Shown here piece by piece: positions 16,497 to 26,606 of a stretch of DNA of 64,000 nt. How positions within the stretch are numbered: position 1 is the first letter of the stretch; each line of letters opens with the position of its first letter. The notes under the pieces were generated by a model. The model made no database searches and was not told where the DNA came from. It worked only from the letters and a program-made list of their open reading frames with translations. Made by a program: the position numbers and the translations under genes. This stretch comes from Spirochaetota bacterium (lineage in GTDB: Bacteria; Spirochaetota; UBA4802; UBA5550). Location: NCBI GenBank assembly GCA_050298055.1, contig JBNKTL010000009.1, forward strand, positions 2,930 to 66,929, written 5' to 3'.

Positions 16497-18578
16497 CTAC
16501 AGTTCCCGTCCTTTTTCTTTCGTGACAGATTGAGGCAGCGAAAAATAAAATATCGCTCCTTTATCAACTTCTCCCTCCGCCCAGACCCTGCCCCCGTGGC
16601 GGTGGATGATCCGCTGGACCATGGCCAGTCCTACGCCTGTCCCTTCAAATTCATCTGCCTTGTGCAGGCGCTGAAAAACGTCAAATATTTTATCTGCGTA
16701 ATTCTGATCAAAACCCACACCGTTGTCCCGGATAAAGACAACGGTTTCTCCTTCCCGGGATTCACAGCCTGCTCTGATTATTCCCTGTTCCCGTGATTGG
16801 GTGAATTTCACTGCATTGGATATCAGGTTTGTCATGACTATTTGCAGCATTGACGCGTCCCCTCTGACAGGGGGAAAATCATCAACATCCCATTGGATAT
16901 ATCTTTCCCTGGTTTCCGATTCCAGGTCCCGTATAACCTCATGGGCTATAATCCCAAGGTCAACCTCCTGTAATTTCATTTCCTTACGCCCCATCCGGGA
17001 GAAGGAGAGAAGGTCGTCGATAAGCTGTCCCATTTTATGAGCCGAAGCTGAGATTATCCCCATATATTGATGTCCCTTTTCATCAAGAGCGGTTATTATA
17101 TTCTTTTTTAAAAGTTCCATAAAACCGTCGATATGTCGAAGAGGTGCTCTGAGGTCATGGGAAACCGAATAAGCGAAGGCCTCCAGTTCTCTGTTCGCCG
17201 CTTCCAGTTGGGCCGTACGATCCAGGACCCTCTGGTCGAGTTCCATATTGAGCCGGAGGAGCGCTTTTTCGGCTGCTTTTCGATCCAGCTCTTTTCTGTC
17301 TCTTTGCAGTCTGGCGTTAAGGATAGGCGAAACATAACCGGCAATACTTTCCAGAAGCTTTTGATCTTCTTCCGTGTAGTTGTTTTTTTTATTGGCGACT
17401 GAAAATATTCCTATTGTCTCGTTTCCAAAGACAATCGGCACCGTCAGGAAGGACTCGATATTGACATGGCCTTCCGGCGTATGAAAGGGACCGTCGGAAA
17501 AGAGGGCTTTTTGTTCTCTGATTGATCTTCCCCAAAGACTGGTTCCCCATTCATTTTGCGGGAAGACAATGGATTTTCCGTACACCCGGCATCCGTTCAC
17601 GATTTCTCTTGTCAAACTTGGAATGACCAGATCACCGTTTATTTCAATGAATCCAAAAATCCCGAATTGACTTTTCATCTCACGAATCACGATCTCCAGA
17701 ACTTCCCCGTACATCTTTTCATCCGGGATCGTGAGAAAGACATTTGCAATCTGGTTCTGTATTTCTTTATATCTTTCCGATTGGCGCAGCTCTTCTTCCG
17801 CCTGCTGCTGCTTAGAAATAGATTGCATAAGATTTTTACTCATGGCATTGATGGCCATCACGACCTGTTCCAGTTCATCCTGCCGTGCTGATGCAGATGA
17901 TCTGCGCTTGAGAGTTAATGGAATATTCAAACGTGTCACGTCCAGTTGTTTCAGGTATCCGGCAATTGTATCCAGGTTCTGCATGATGACGTATTGAAAA
18001 ATAGTGAGTACACAGAAAGCCCATAAAAAGGTTTTTATGGCCTGGGTCGTCAGGATGAGTACGGCACGTTCGTAAAGGCGTTGATAGACGCCTTCAAGAT
18101 TTATGGTCACATACAGGTTCCCGATGTGCATTTTATCCTGTACGGCTTTATGAAAAAGCGGGAACTGATAAAGAGTGACACTTTGTTTTTTAGGGGTTCC
18201 GGCATGGGAAAAAATCTCTTCCTTTTTATCGCGGATCTCTGTAACTTCAAGATACTGTATATCCGGCAGCAATAACGCACCCTCCAGCTGCATATTCAAT
18301 TGTCTCTCATTCAGGTCCCACAGGCTGAGAGAAATAAAATTAAGGTAGCTTTTACTGATTTGATTCAGCCCTTCTTTAACACCGCCCATGTCTCTTTGAT
18401 ATTCGGAATATAACTGGATGGCTGAGCTGATAAAGGTAAAAAGAGTGCTGCATATTAATATATAGGATAAAACACGAAAGGATAAACGGCTTTTAGGCAT
18501 AAGATTTGAGAGGGAGGAGAATAGACTCAATGGTTTCTTAATTTTCTCTGTAATATTTGTAATTATCATGGGGTCCAT
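16497..18578 (-). CDS. membrane sensor histidine kinase: periplasmic loop-TM-GAF-HisKA-HATPase
   Basis: Two TM segments around a ~130-aa loop; GAF-like ESFLTVPIVFGNETIGIFSVANKKNNYTEED; H-box FAYSVSHDLRAPLRHIDGF. The start codon abuts the stop of the upstream SBP gene. Confidence 0.85.
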   Translation of the reverse strand: MDPMIITNITEKIKKPLSLFSSLSNLMPKSRLSFRVLSYILICSTLFTFISSAIQLYSEYQRDMGGVKEGLNQISKSYLNFISLSLWDLNERQLNMQLEGALLLPDIQYLEVTEIRDKKEEIFSHAGTPKKQSVTLYQFPLFHKAVQDKMHIGNLYVTINLEGVYQRLYERAVLILTTQAIKTFLWAFCVLTIFQYVIMQNLDTIAGYLKQLDVTRLNIPLTLKRRSSASARQDELEQVVMAINAMSKNLMQSISKQQQAEEELRQSERYKEIQNQIANVFLTIPDEKMYGEVLEIVIREMKSQFGIFGFIEINGDLVIPSLTREIVNGCRVYGKSIVFPQNEWGTSLWGRSIREQKALFSDGPFHTPEGHVNIESFLTVPIVFGNETIGIFSVANKKNNYTEEDQKLLESIAGYVSPILNARLQRDRKELDRKAAEKALLRLNMELDQRVLDRTAQLEAANRELEAFAYSVSHDLRAPLRHIDGFMELLKKNIITALDEKGHQYMGIISASAHKMGQLIDDLLSFSRMGRKEMKLQEVDLGIIAHEVIRDLESETRERYIQWDVDDFPPVRGDASMLQIVMTNLISNAVKFTQSREQGIIRAGCESREGETVVFIRDNGVGFDQNYADKIFDVFQRLHKADEFEGTGVGLAMVQRIIHRHGGRVWAEGEVDKGAIFYFSLPQSVTKEKGREL

Positions 18579-19733
18579 CTATTCCCATTTTTCAAGATTT
18601 GGTTCATTTTGCCGTCCGGCAGCCTTTACCGCTTTAAACCATTCCCGGTTATACAGGTTGAAACTGCGTGAGCTCATGGGTTTCATTAACAACTTTTTTT
18701 TAAAAAATGATTCTTTAAAAAGAGGTTTGTCTCCGGCAATTTTAGATAACTTTATTGCGGCATTTCGGGTAACAGGTGCGTATCCTGTTTTTGTGTACAT
18801 CATGGTCTGGACGGGGTCACTGAGAATATAATCAGCAAAAAGATAGGCGGCTTTGAGTTTCAGGGGACTGTTCCTGAGTTCCCGGGAAAAACAGATCTCA
18901 TCCACCCAGATTTGCCCCCCTTCGGCAACATCTGTCGCCCGCCATTTCCCGTACCCTTTCCGTTCGATTTCAAAAGCAGTGTTGCCCATGGCGTAAAAAA
19001 GATCATAATATTTGTTGATCAGTGCCGGATTACAGTTCTTCGGGCTGATATCATACCAGGAATGGGCATTGGTAATGACTTTCTTGAGGGCTTTTCGAAG
19101 CTCATTCCAGTTAATTTTTTTAAAACTGTCATCGTAAAATGTATCAGTTGGGTATCCAAGGGCAAGAAGGGTTATCCCCACATTTGCTTCATGCTGTGTA
19201 CCGAAGAGTCCTATTCGTCCTTTATAATTTTCATCAAACAGGACTTTCCATGAGACCGGTGGTTTACTGACTCTGTTTACATTATAATAAAGTGTCTGAA
19301 TATCCGCCCTTAAAGGAATGCCGTAACCTTTACCGTTCTTTTCCCGGTAATCGACAAATTTACCCCGTTGCAGAATAGGCCAGACTTTCTTAAAACCGGG
19401 TATTCTCTTGTAATTGATGGGCATGAGTACTTTGAAAAGCTGGGAAGAATGTGATTTATAATAGACATTCACAGGTATGGCGATATCTCCTTTTTTGGCT
19501 CGGAGAAGATTATAACAATCAGGTATCGTTACAAGAAACGGCTCCACATAGGTTAATCGTATGTTCATCCCTCTTTTTTTGGCATACAGTTTAAAACCAT
19601 GAGTAATACCCTGCTCTTTAAGCAGACCCCAGCTGATTATCTTTAACTCTATTGGTTTCTCTGTTGCCACCGCTGCCGGGAAGAAAATTTTTAAAATGAA
19701 TAGTACAAGAAAGACTTTATAATTACGTTTCAT
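18579..19733 (-). CDS. periplasmic solute-binding protein (PotD/extracellular SBP family 1-like)
   Basis: Signal peptide MKRNYKVFLVLFILKIFFPAAVA; about 360-aa mature two-lobe SBP-like sequence (GYGIPLRADIQTLYYN, WYD..P). No cognate ABC permease or ATPase gene is adjacent. Confidence 0.6.
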   Translation of the reverse strand: MKRNYKVFLVLFILKIFFPAAVATEKPIELKIISWGLLKEQGITHGFKLYAKKRGMNIRLTYVEPFLVTIPDCYNLLRAKKGDIAIPVNVYYKSHSSQLFKVLMPINYKRIPGFKKVWPILQRGKFVDYREKNGKGYGIPLRADIQTLYYNVNRVSKPPVSWKVLFDENYKGRIGLFGTQHEANVGITLLALGYPTDTFYDDSFKKINWNELRKALKKVITNAHSWYDISPKNCNPALINKYYDLFYAMGNTAFEIERKGYGKWRATDVAEGGQIWVDEICFSRELRNSPLKLKAAYLFADYILSDPVQTMMYTKTGYAPVTRNAAIKLSKIAGDKPLFKESFFKKKLLMKPMSSRSFNLYNREWFKAVKAAGRQNEPNLEKWE

Positions 19734-19797
19734 CTTTGCATCCTCTCTTCTGCATAAATATTATATTAAGAGTACAAATCGTTATGATTCCCCTGGT

Positions 19798-22374
19798 TTA
19801 ATTTTTCGGCAGAGCAAAATAAAATACTGCTCCCCGGTCGATTTCCCCCTCCGCCCAGACCCTGCCTCCGTGCCGGCGGATGATCCGCTGGACCATTGCC
19901 AGTCCCACCCCTGTCCCCTCAAATTCCTCTTCCTTGTGGAGACGCTGAAACACATCGAATATTTTGTCCGCATAATCCTGGTTAAAACCAACCCCGTTGT
20001 CCCGGACAAAGACAATAGTTTTCCCTTCCCGGGACTCACAGCCCGCTTCAATGACCGCTTCTTCCCGGGGCCGGGTAAATTTCAGGGCATTAGATATCAG
20101 GTTCATCATCACTACCCGAAGCATTGAAGTATCGCCGTCCACAACAGGAAGGCCCTCGCTGTGCCATTTTATCTTTCTTCCGGCTGTATCGGGTTCCAGT
20201 TCCCGTATGATATCACGGACTATGACATCCAGATCGACTTTTCTGAATTGCATCTTCTGACGTCCCATCCGTGAAAAGGAGAGGAGGTCGTCGATCAAGT
20301 TTCCCATTTTTCTTGCGGAGTTTGCAATGATTGCAATATATTGATGGCTCTGCTGGTCCAGCCTGTTCCCGGTATTTTTGATCAGCAGTTTTATAAACCC
20401 GTCGATATGGCGCAGGGGGGCCCGAAGGTCGTGTGATACCGAGTAGGCAAATGCCTCCAGTTCCCTGTTGGCAGTTTCCAGCTGGGCGGTCCGTTCAGAG
20501 ACGCGCTGCTCCAGTTCGAGGTTGAGTTGGCGGACCTCTTCTTCCGCCTGACGGCGGTCGGTGATATCCAGGAAGGCGCCGATGATCCCGGCGACCTGGT
20601 CGTTCTCGTCCCGGAACACGTCCTTGGAGTAGATGACCGGCCGGTCCCGGCCATCCTTGTCCCTGACTTTAAATTCGTAGATCTGGAGGCCGGGATTGCT
20701 CATCAACTCCAGGTCTTTTTCATGGTATACACGGGCATGATCACCGGGCCAGAGCTCGTATACGGTCTTACCCTGTATCTGGTCCTGGGTGACACCCATG
20801 ACTTCAGAAAACGCGAGGTTGCAGCCAAGATAGCGGCCTTCCCTGTCTTTATAAAACACGGGAGTAGGGATGGCCGAAAGCACTGCATCGCGAAACATCA
20901 GTGTCTTCTTTAAATTTTCATGAGCATGCAGCAACTCTTCTTCCGCCTGTCTGCGGTCGGTTATATCTTCCACACTGCCTTCATAGAAAAGTACATCTCC
21001 TTTGCTGTTCTGGATTGCCCTGCTGGTCAATCGTCCCCAGATGATTTTGCCGTCGTGTCTTCGCAATTGAACTTCGAAATCATGGACGATCCCGTCACGT
21101 TTGGCTATTTTTTGCCATTTCTTTCGGTCTTCGGGATTTACGTACTGATCATTTGTATTGATTTTTAAAAGGGTCTCCTGGTCCGGACCTCCCAGCATAT
21201 TTACGTAGGCCTGGTTGATATCGAGACATTCTCCTGCGGGGGTAGTGCGCCAGAGAGGAACAGGCACGCGGTGGAACAGGTTACGGTACCGTTCCTCACT
21301 TTTCTGCAATGAGAATTGGCGCGCTTCAAGTGCGTCGCTCATATGCTGAAAGTCATTTACCAGGGAAGTCAATTCGGAAAAGGCGTCCGGAATGGAAGCC
21401 AGTGTCTTTCCTTTAGTAAAATTCCCGTTGGCCAGCACACCGGTCCGCTGGCTGAGGAGAGTCAGGGGGGAGACAATATGTTTCTGAAGCTGGCTGTGAA
21501 TACTCCATACCAGGGACAGCCAGATAGACATAAATGCCAGGAGAGTCAGGCCCAGAACCCAGATATAAGGGCGTAATATGACTGATATGGGGACCTGGTT
21601 GACAACAATCCAACCGGCCCGTTCTACCCGGGCGGCGCTGCCCAGGACCGTGCTTCCCGAGTATTCATAGACCAGGGTGGCAGCACCCTCCAGTCCCCGG
21701 CGAAATATCTCCAGGTAACTCTGGTTGGTTTGCTGTTTTACAAGTGCGGATGAAGGATGGGCCAGCAGTAATCCTGACTGGTCCATAATAAAGATCATGT
21801 CCATTAGTTGTTTATCTTTATTATGGATTATTTCATCCTGAAGTGATCCCAGGCTCAGTTCGCCAACGACCCGGTATCCCCGGGTAAGAGGTCTGACCAG
21901 GTAAACCGTTGGGTTCCCTGTCCGAAGCGATATAAAGGGACGGGAAATAGTGATGGTGTTTTTTTCTCCTGTTTGATGGAAGGTGGGGAGATTGGACATA
22001 TCAAGGCCCTGGTAGCGAATGTTGGGAGGCGCGAGGAGAGTGATATTTCCGGCTGTATCTAATAAGAAGAGGGTATCAAAGTATCCGTATGCCTTCCAGG
22101 TACTTCGCATAAACCTTGCAAGGTCTTTTCCCAGGGAGACCTCGGCGACCCGGGCCACTGCGTCCAGTGTCCGGATTGCCTGGTCCAGGTAACGGTCCAC
22201 AATCCGTGCCGTATATCGCGCTCTTACAAGCTGTTCGTTTTTGAGAGTTTGTCTGCCAAAATAACCTATTACGCCCATGGCTATTATGCTTATAGCCGCC
22301 AGAGGGAGAAACAGGCGTATAAGCACCATTCTTTGAAGAACAGTATCGAGAGTGGACGATTTGTTATAACTCAT
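19798..22374 (-). CDS. membrane sensor histidine kinase: dCache-like-HAMP-PAS-PAS-HisKA-HATPase
   Basis: TM, then a Cache-like loop (YFDTLFLLDTAGNITLLAP...IFIMDQSGLLLAHP), then TM; PAC motifs (VEDITDRRQAEE, FLDITDRRQAEE); H-box FAYSVSHDLRAPLRHIDGF. Start moved from 22485 to Met-38 (22374) to remove an 89-nt overlap with the upstream SBP; 22329 is also possible. Confidence 0.8.
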   Translation of the reverse strand: MSYNKSSTLDTVLQRMVLIRLFLPLAAISIIAMGVIGYFGRQTLKNEQLVRARYTARIVDRYLDQAIRTLDAVARVAEVSLGKDLARFMRSTWKAYGYFDTLFLLDTAGNITLLAPPNIRYQGLDMSNLPTFHQTGEKNTITISRPFISLRTGNPTVYLVRPLTRGYRVVGELSLGSLQDEIIHNKDKQLMDMIFIMDQSGLLLAHPSSALVKQQTNQSYLEIFRRGLEGAATLVYEYSGSTVLGSAARVERAGWIVVNQVPISVILRPYIWVLGLTLLAFMSIWLSLVWSIHSQLQKHIVSPLTLLSQRTGVLANGNFTKGKTLASIPDAFSELTSLVNDFQHMSDALEARQFSLQKSEERYRNLFHRVPVPLWRTTPAGECLDINQAYVNMLGGPDQETLLKINTNDQYVNPEDRKKWQKIAKRDGIVHDFEVQLRRHDGKIIWGRLTSRAIQNSKGDVLFYEGSVEDITDRRQAEEELLHAHENLKKTLMFRDAVLSAIPTPVFYKDREGRYLGCNLAFSEVMGVTQDQIQGKTVYELWPGDHARVYHEKDLELMSNPGLQIYEFKVRDKDGRDRPVIYSKDVFRDENDQVAGIIGAFLDITDRRQAEEEVRQLNLELEQRVSERTAQLETANRELEAFAYSVSHDLRAPLRHIDGFIKLLIKNTGNRLDQQSHQYIAIIANSARKMGNLIDDLLSFSRMGRQKMQFRKVDLDVIVRDIIRELEPDTAGRKIKWHSEGLPVVDGDTSMLRVVMMNLISNALKFTRPREEAVIEAGCESREGKTIVFVRDNGVGFNQDYADKIFDVFQRLHKEEEFEGTGVGLAMVQRIIRRHGGRVWAEGEIDRGAVFYFALPKN

Positions 22375-22396
22375 TAAAATATTAAATTCACGGTCC

Positions 22397-23554
22397 TTAT
22401 GGTTTAAAAGACTTAATATCCATATATTTTTTCTGGTGAATAACACCCATATAGAAGGAACGGATGACATCTCCGTATCTGTCAAAGGAAAATGTTTCGC
22501 TCAGGCCCTTGAAATTTTTAATACCTGTGAGAGCTTTTTTCAGCCCGCCTGCTCTGCCGCCGGTTTTCTCCAGTGCGGCTGCCAGTACCCGGGCCGCTTC
22601 ATAACCCAGTGAGGCCCCAAAGGAAGGAGTGTGAGAGAACCGGGCCATGTAGCGTTTTTTAAAATCAAGATAGGCCGGTTTCTGGTCGGTATAGGTATTG
22701 GCAACTTCGATTTCCAGCCCTTCCACGGCCCTGCCCCCATTGTTGATCAGGGTCTCTGTCTGTGCCCAGGCTGTGGTAAACAACGGCACCGGCCAGCCAG
22801 CGAGACGGGTCCGCTGGGCGATCAACGCGGTATCAATATCTGACGCAATGATCAAAAGACCTCCCGGATTACCTGTCCGTAACCGCTTTACCAGGGAAGC
22901 AAAGCCAGGCTGTGATTTTGAGGAAAAAGAGGCTTTCCCGGTCAATTTCCCGCCAAGGGACCGGTATTTGTCCGTAAAGGTCTCCATAAAGTTCTTTGAG
23001 TACGCGGCGTTGTCCGTATCATAAACAACGGCAATGCGGGTTATCTTACGCTTTTGATAAATATAACGGCTAAATGCATGGGCCCTGTCGGCCAGGCTGT
23101 AACAGACACGGAAAAAGTAATCATCTTTCCCGCTCAGTTCCGAAGTTGAGGCAGTGGGACTGAGCATCAGAACCCGGGCAGGACCTGTCACGGTCAATCC
23201 CGCCATGGTCTGTCCGCTGGTTGCGTGACCGATGATTGCTACCACATCCATTCCGATCAGTTCGCGGTCGGCTTTCTTTGCGCCCTCAGGAGTCCCCAGG
23301 TCATCACGGATCACTAATTTAACCGGACGTCCGGAAATACCTCCCGCTCTGTTGATTTCCTCCACTGCGAGCCGGACACCGTTTCGTTCCTGAACACCCA
23401 GTGCTGCCTGGACTCCCGTCAGCTGGGCGACAAACCCCACAGGGACAGGTCCCCTGGCAGTACAGTTTGTGAGAAAGAATGCAGCCATACAGATCACCAG
23501 ATCCGCGGGGACTATTTCCCTTATCAATGTTTTTACTCTCTTCCATGTATCCAT
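22397..23554 (-). CDS. periplasmic binding protein, LivK/branched-chain amino-acid type (Peripla_BP_6-like), lipoprotein
   Basis: Start set at MDTWKRV (GGAGGT SD 7 nt upstream; lipobox-like LTNC). Motifs VGFVAQLTG...GVRLAVEEINRAGGISGRPVKLVIRDD are typical of the LivJ/LivK family. Confidence 0.75.
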   Translation of the reverse strand: MDTWKRVKTLIREIVPADLVICMAAFFLTNCTARGPVPVGFVAQLTGVQAALGVQERNGVRLAVEEINRAGGISGRPVKLVIRDDLGTPEGAKKADRELIGMDVVAIIGHATSGQTMAGLTVTGPARVLMLSPTASTSELSGKDDYFFRVCYSLADRAHAFSRYIYQKRKITRIAVVYDTDNAAYSKNFMETFTDKYRSLGGKLTGKASFSSKSQPGFASLVKRLRTGNPGGLLIIASDIDTALIAQRTRLAGWPVPLFTTAWAQTETLINNGGRAVEGLEIEVANTYTDQKPAYLDFKKRYMARFSHTPSFGASLGYEAARVLAAALEKTGGRAGGLKKALTGIKNFKGLSETFSFDRYGDVIRSFYMGVIHQKKYMDIKSFKP

Positions 23555-23935
23555 CTTTTTACCTCCGGCAAACTGTGCGTCCCCTGTTGCTATGAAAGAA
23601 TTTTTTGAAGCAGGGGAACGTGCTTTCTTTCTCTGTTTACGGGGCACCTGGCCTGGGATCAGAGCTCTTATATCCTTTCAACCTGCCGCAGACGGGTTAT
23701 GATGCGGTACTGCGGTCATTGTCAATGAACTTTAGCAGGATATCATTATCACGTGCCAGAGAGGAAATGGCAGGAAAAAACAATGTGTCCCGGTAAATCC
23801 TGCCTTCCATCCGGTTACGATTTCCTTCTTATTTTATTGTATATTATGAAGAAGAACAATACAAGAATTTTTCATGAAGCAGAGGGGCATGCGCTTGAAA
23901 GATCATTTAAGTGACAGTCACGGAAGAAACGGGGG

Positions 23936-25756
23936 TTAAAAGAGAAATTTTTTCTCCCGGTTCTCCTTCTGCTGCATCTCCCAGAGGGACCTGTAAAGCC
24001 CTCCATTGTCCAGAAGGGAGATATGGTCACCCTCCTCAACCTTTTTTCCCCGGGAGAGAACAATGATCCTGTGGGCATCTGTTATGGTGGAGAGCCTGTG
24101 GGCGATGACCAGGCTTGTATGTCCCCGGGCAATTTCATTCATTGACCTGAGGATTGCCTGTTCCGATTCCGAATCCAGGGACGATGTGGCTTCGTCAAAA
24201 ATAATAATGGGGCTCCCCTTTAAGAGAACACGGGCAATGGCAATCCTTTGTTTTTCTCCTCCGCTCACCTTCATTCCCCTCTCTCCCACAAGTGTCAACT
24301 GGCCTCCGGGAAGCGAGGAGATAAACTGCTTCAGGTGCGCCATCTCGATAACTCTCCGGATATCCTCATCCGCGCAGCCGGGACGTCCGTAGGCAATATT
24401 AGATCTTATGGTGTCATTAAAAAGAACAGTGTCCTGGGGGACAACACCGATCTGTCTGCGGAGAGAATCCTGTTTGACTTCCCGGATGTCCTGGCCGTCA
24501 ATTTTAATGCAGCCGCTGTGGATATCATAAAAACGAAAGAGAAGGCGCGCTATTGTGGATTTTCCCGAACCGCTTGGTCCCACTATGGCGACCTTTTCTC
24601 CCGGTTTGATCTCAAAGCTGAGGTCCCTGATAATAGGCCGCTGGGCATGGTATGCGAAATCAACATTTTCGAACCGGATGTGGCCCCCCTTGAACTGAAA
24701 TTCCCCGGCCCCCGGGCTGTCCTTGATCGAGGGTTTCCGTTCAAGAAGCATGAACATGTTTTCAATATCGGTCAGTGAACGGCGGATCTCCCTGTAGACG
24801 AAACCGAGAAAATTAAGGGGCATGAAAAGCTGTATCATATAGGCGTTGATCATGGCCAGGTCCCCCAGGGTGAGGGTTTTCCGGAGTATTCCCTTTGTTG
24901 CCATTATCATCATGATGGTAATGGCCGAAGCAATAATAAGCGCCTGTCCGGAATTCAGGAGGAGGAGCGACATCCTGTTTTTCAGGCGGGCCTTTTCCCA
25001 TTCTTCCAGGTCCCTGTCATAGACGTCCGCTTCATATTTTTCATTGTTGAAATATTTCACTGTTTCATAGTTAAGGAGGCTGTCGATGGCCCGGGTGTTT
25101 GATTCGGAGTCTGCTTTGTTGGCTTCACGGACAAACTTGTTTCTCCACTCGGTTGTCAGTACCGTAAAAAAAATAAAGGCGGTAACCGCAGTGACGGTAA
25201 TGACCGCGTACCAGGGGGAGAAGGTAAGGGCAAAGATAATTCCCACCATTGTGATTTCAAAGAGAGTGGGAACAATGTTAAACATCATGAACCTGAGCAG
25301 AAAGTTGATCCCCCGGGTCCCCCGTTCTATGTCCCGGGCAATCCCCCCGGTCTGTCTCCCCAGGTGAAATTCAAGTTCAAGCCGGTGCAGGTGTTTGAAG
25401 ACATCGAGGCCCGCGGTCCTCATGGCGCGTTCGGTTACCCGGCTGAACAGGGCGTCCCTGAGTTCACCAAAAAAGACACTGCCGAACCTGAGAAAACCAT
25501 ATAAAAGGAGAAAGATAAGGGGGAAGACGATCTTGCCGTTCACGGCCGGGTCTACCGAATCGATGATCTCTTTCAATGCCCGGGGCATGAGGAGGACCGC
25601 TCCCTTGGCGGCCAGCAGGCAGATCAGCGCCAGCAGAACACTCCATTTGAACTGAGCGAGAAAAGGAAAGAGTGAGCGGATGACCAGCCTGATATTGAGG
25701 TCACTGACCGGTTTACCCTCTGTGGGGACCTGCCCGTAACTGGATGCGGGCCTCAT
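23936..25756 (-). CDS. ABC exporter, fused permease-ATPase, Atm1/ABCB6-like
   Basis: Six TM helices; the TMD segment FKHLHRLELEFHLGRQTGGIARDIERGTRGINFLL resembles Atm1-type exporters; Walker A GPSGSGKST, signature VSGGEKQR, Walker B IIIFDEATS. Confidence 0.8.
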   Translation of the reverse strand: MRPASSYGQVPTEGKPVSDLNIRLVIRSLFPFLAQFKWSVLLALICLLAAKGAVLLMPRALKEIIDSVDPAVNGKIVFPLIFLLLYGFLRFGSVFFGELRDALFSRVTERAMRTAGLDVFKHLHRLELEFHLGRQTGGIARDIERGTRGINFLLRFMMFNIVPTLFEITMVGIIFALTFSPWYAVITVTAVTAFIFFTVLTTEWRNKFVREANKADSESNTRAIDSLLNYETVKYFNNEKYEADVYDRDLEEWEKARLKNRMSLLLLNSGQALIIASAITIMMIMATKGILRKTLTLGDLAMINAYMIQLFMPLNFLGFVYREIRRSLTDIENMFMLLERKPSIKDSPGAGEFQFKGGHIRFENVDFAYHAQRPIIRDLSFEIKPGEKVAIVGPSGSGKSTIARLLFRFYDIHSGCIKIDGQDIREVKQDSLRRQIGVVPQDTVLFNDTIRSNIAYGRPGCADEDIRRVIEMAHLKQFISSLPGGQLTLVGERGMKVSGGEKQRIAIARVLLKGSPIIIFDEATSSLDSESEQAILRSMNEIARGHTSLVIAHRLSTITDAHRIIVLSRGKKVEEGDHISLLDNGGLYRSLWEMQQKENREKKFLF

Positions 25757-26547
25757 TCGGTCCGGTCCCCGGTATCCTTCCGTTGATGAAGATGGGCGGC
25801 AAAAAGTTCTCTCACCATTGCGCTTGTCTCATCCACAGAAAGTCCTGAAAATTTTTCACAGGGTATTTCATCCAGCACATGAATATTTATCTCATGCCTG
25901 CCCTGGATGTTGAGGCTGTTCTTGGGAAGAGCGTCCCGGGTTCCGGTAATGACAATGGGGAGGATGGGGACTTTCATCTTATGGGCCAGGATAAAAGCAC
26001 CCGGCTTGAAATCCCTGAGTTCGCCTGTTTTGGACCGTGTTCCTTCGGGAAACATAAAGAGAGAACTTCCCTCTACCAGTGTTTCTTCACACCGGGCCAT
26101 CATCTTCTCGATACTCTTTTTATCCCCCCTCTTCAGTTTCACATACCTGTTGAGGACCATGTTCCAGCCGATGAAGGGTATCCTGAAAACTTCAGCCTTG
26201 GAGACCCATTTAAAGTGAACAAAAAGCCCGAAGGCGACAATGATATCGAGGAGCGACTGGTGATTGGAGACAATCATGTATGTTTTTTTCTTATCAATTT
26301 TCTCTCTGCCGGTTATGGTCAGCGACCATGCGGGGACGATCCATACATAAAGTGTTGCCCATAAACAGGTAAAGAGGTGGAGGAGAACAAGGCGCCTGTC
26401 AAAGGGGAATGTAAGGAGCCATATGATTACAGCCACGGGAAAGAAGAGGGCTGAACTTGTATAGATAAAGATGATGATTAATATTGAGAGTATACGGCTA
26501 AACATGTTTTTGGTCCCATTATATTCATATTTCAGGTCAGTCATCAC
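25753..26547 (-). CDS. plsC: 1-acyl-sn-glycerol-3-phosphate (lysophospholipid) acyltransferase
   Basis: Acyltransferase motifs NHQSLLDI (HX4D) and FPEGTRS, with an N-terminal membrane anchor. 4-nt overlap with the downstream ABC exporter gene. Confidence 0.8.
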   Translation of the reverse strand: MMTDLKYEYNGTKNMFSRILSILIIIFIYTSSALFFPVAVIIWLLTFPFDRRLVLLHLFTCLWATLYVWIVPAWSLTITGREKIDKKKTYMIVSNHQSLLDIIVAFGLFVHFKWVSKAEVFRIPFIGWNMVLNRYVKLKRGDKKSIEKMMARCEETLVEGSSLFMFPEGTRSKTGELRDFKPGAFILAHKMKVPILPIVITGTRDALPKNSLNIQGRHEINIHVLDEIPCEKFSGLSVDETSAMVRELFAAHLHQRKDTGDRTE

Positions 26548-26606
26548 TATTTAAAAATGTACCGTATTATACAATTAAAAAAATATTTCTCCGGCTATGC
26601 TTGCAT

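Noticed and set aside
22375-22485. Long upstream starts proposed by the track for several genes (22485, 23647, 45671, 50041, 52982, 62425).
   Set aside because: In each case an internal Met is preceded by a good SD and/or begins a signal peptide or the conserved N-terminus. The longer form would overlap the upstream gene or add non-homologous residues. The 22374 choice remains the least certain.
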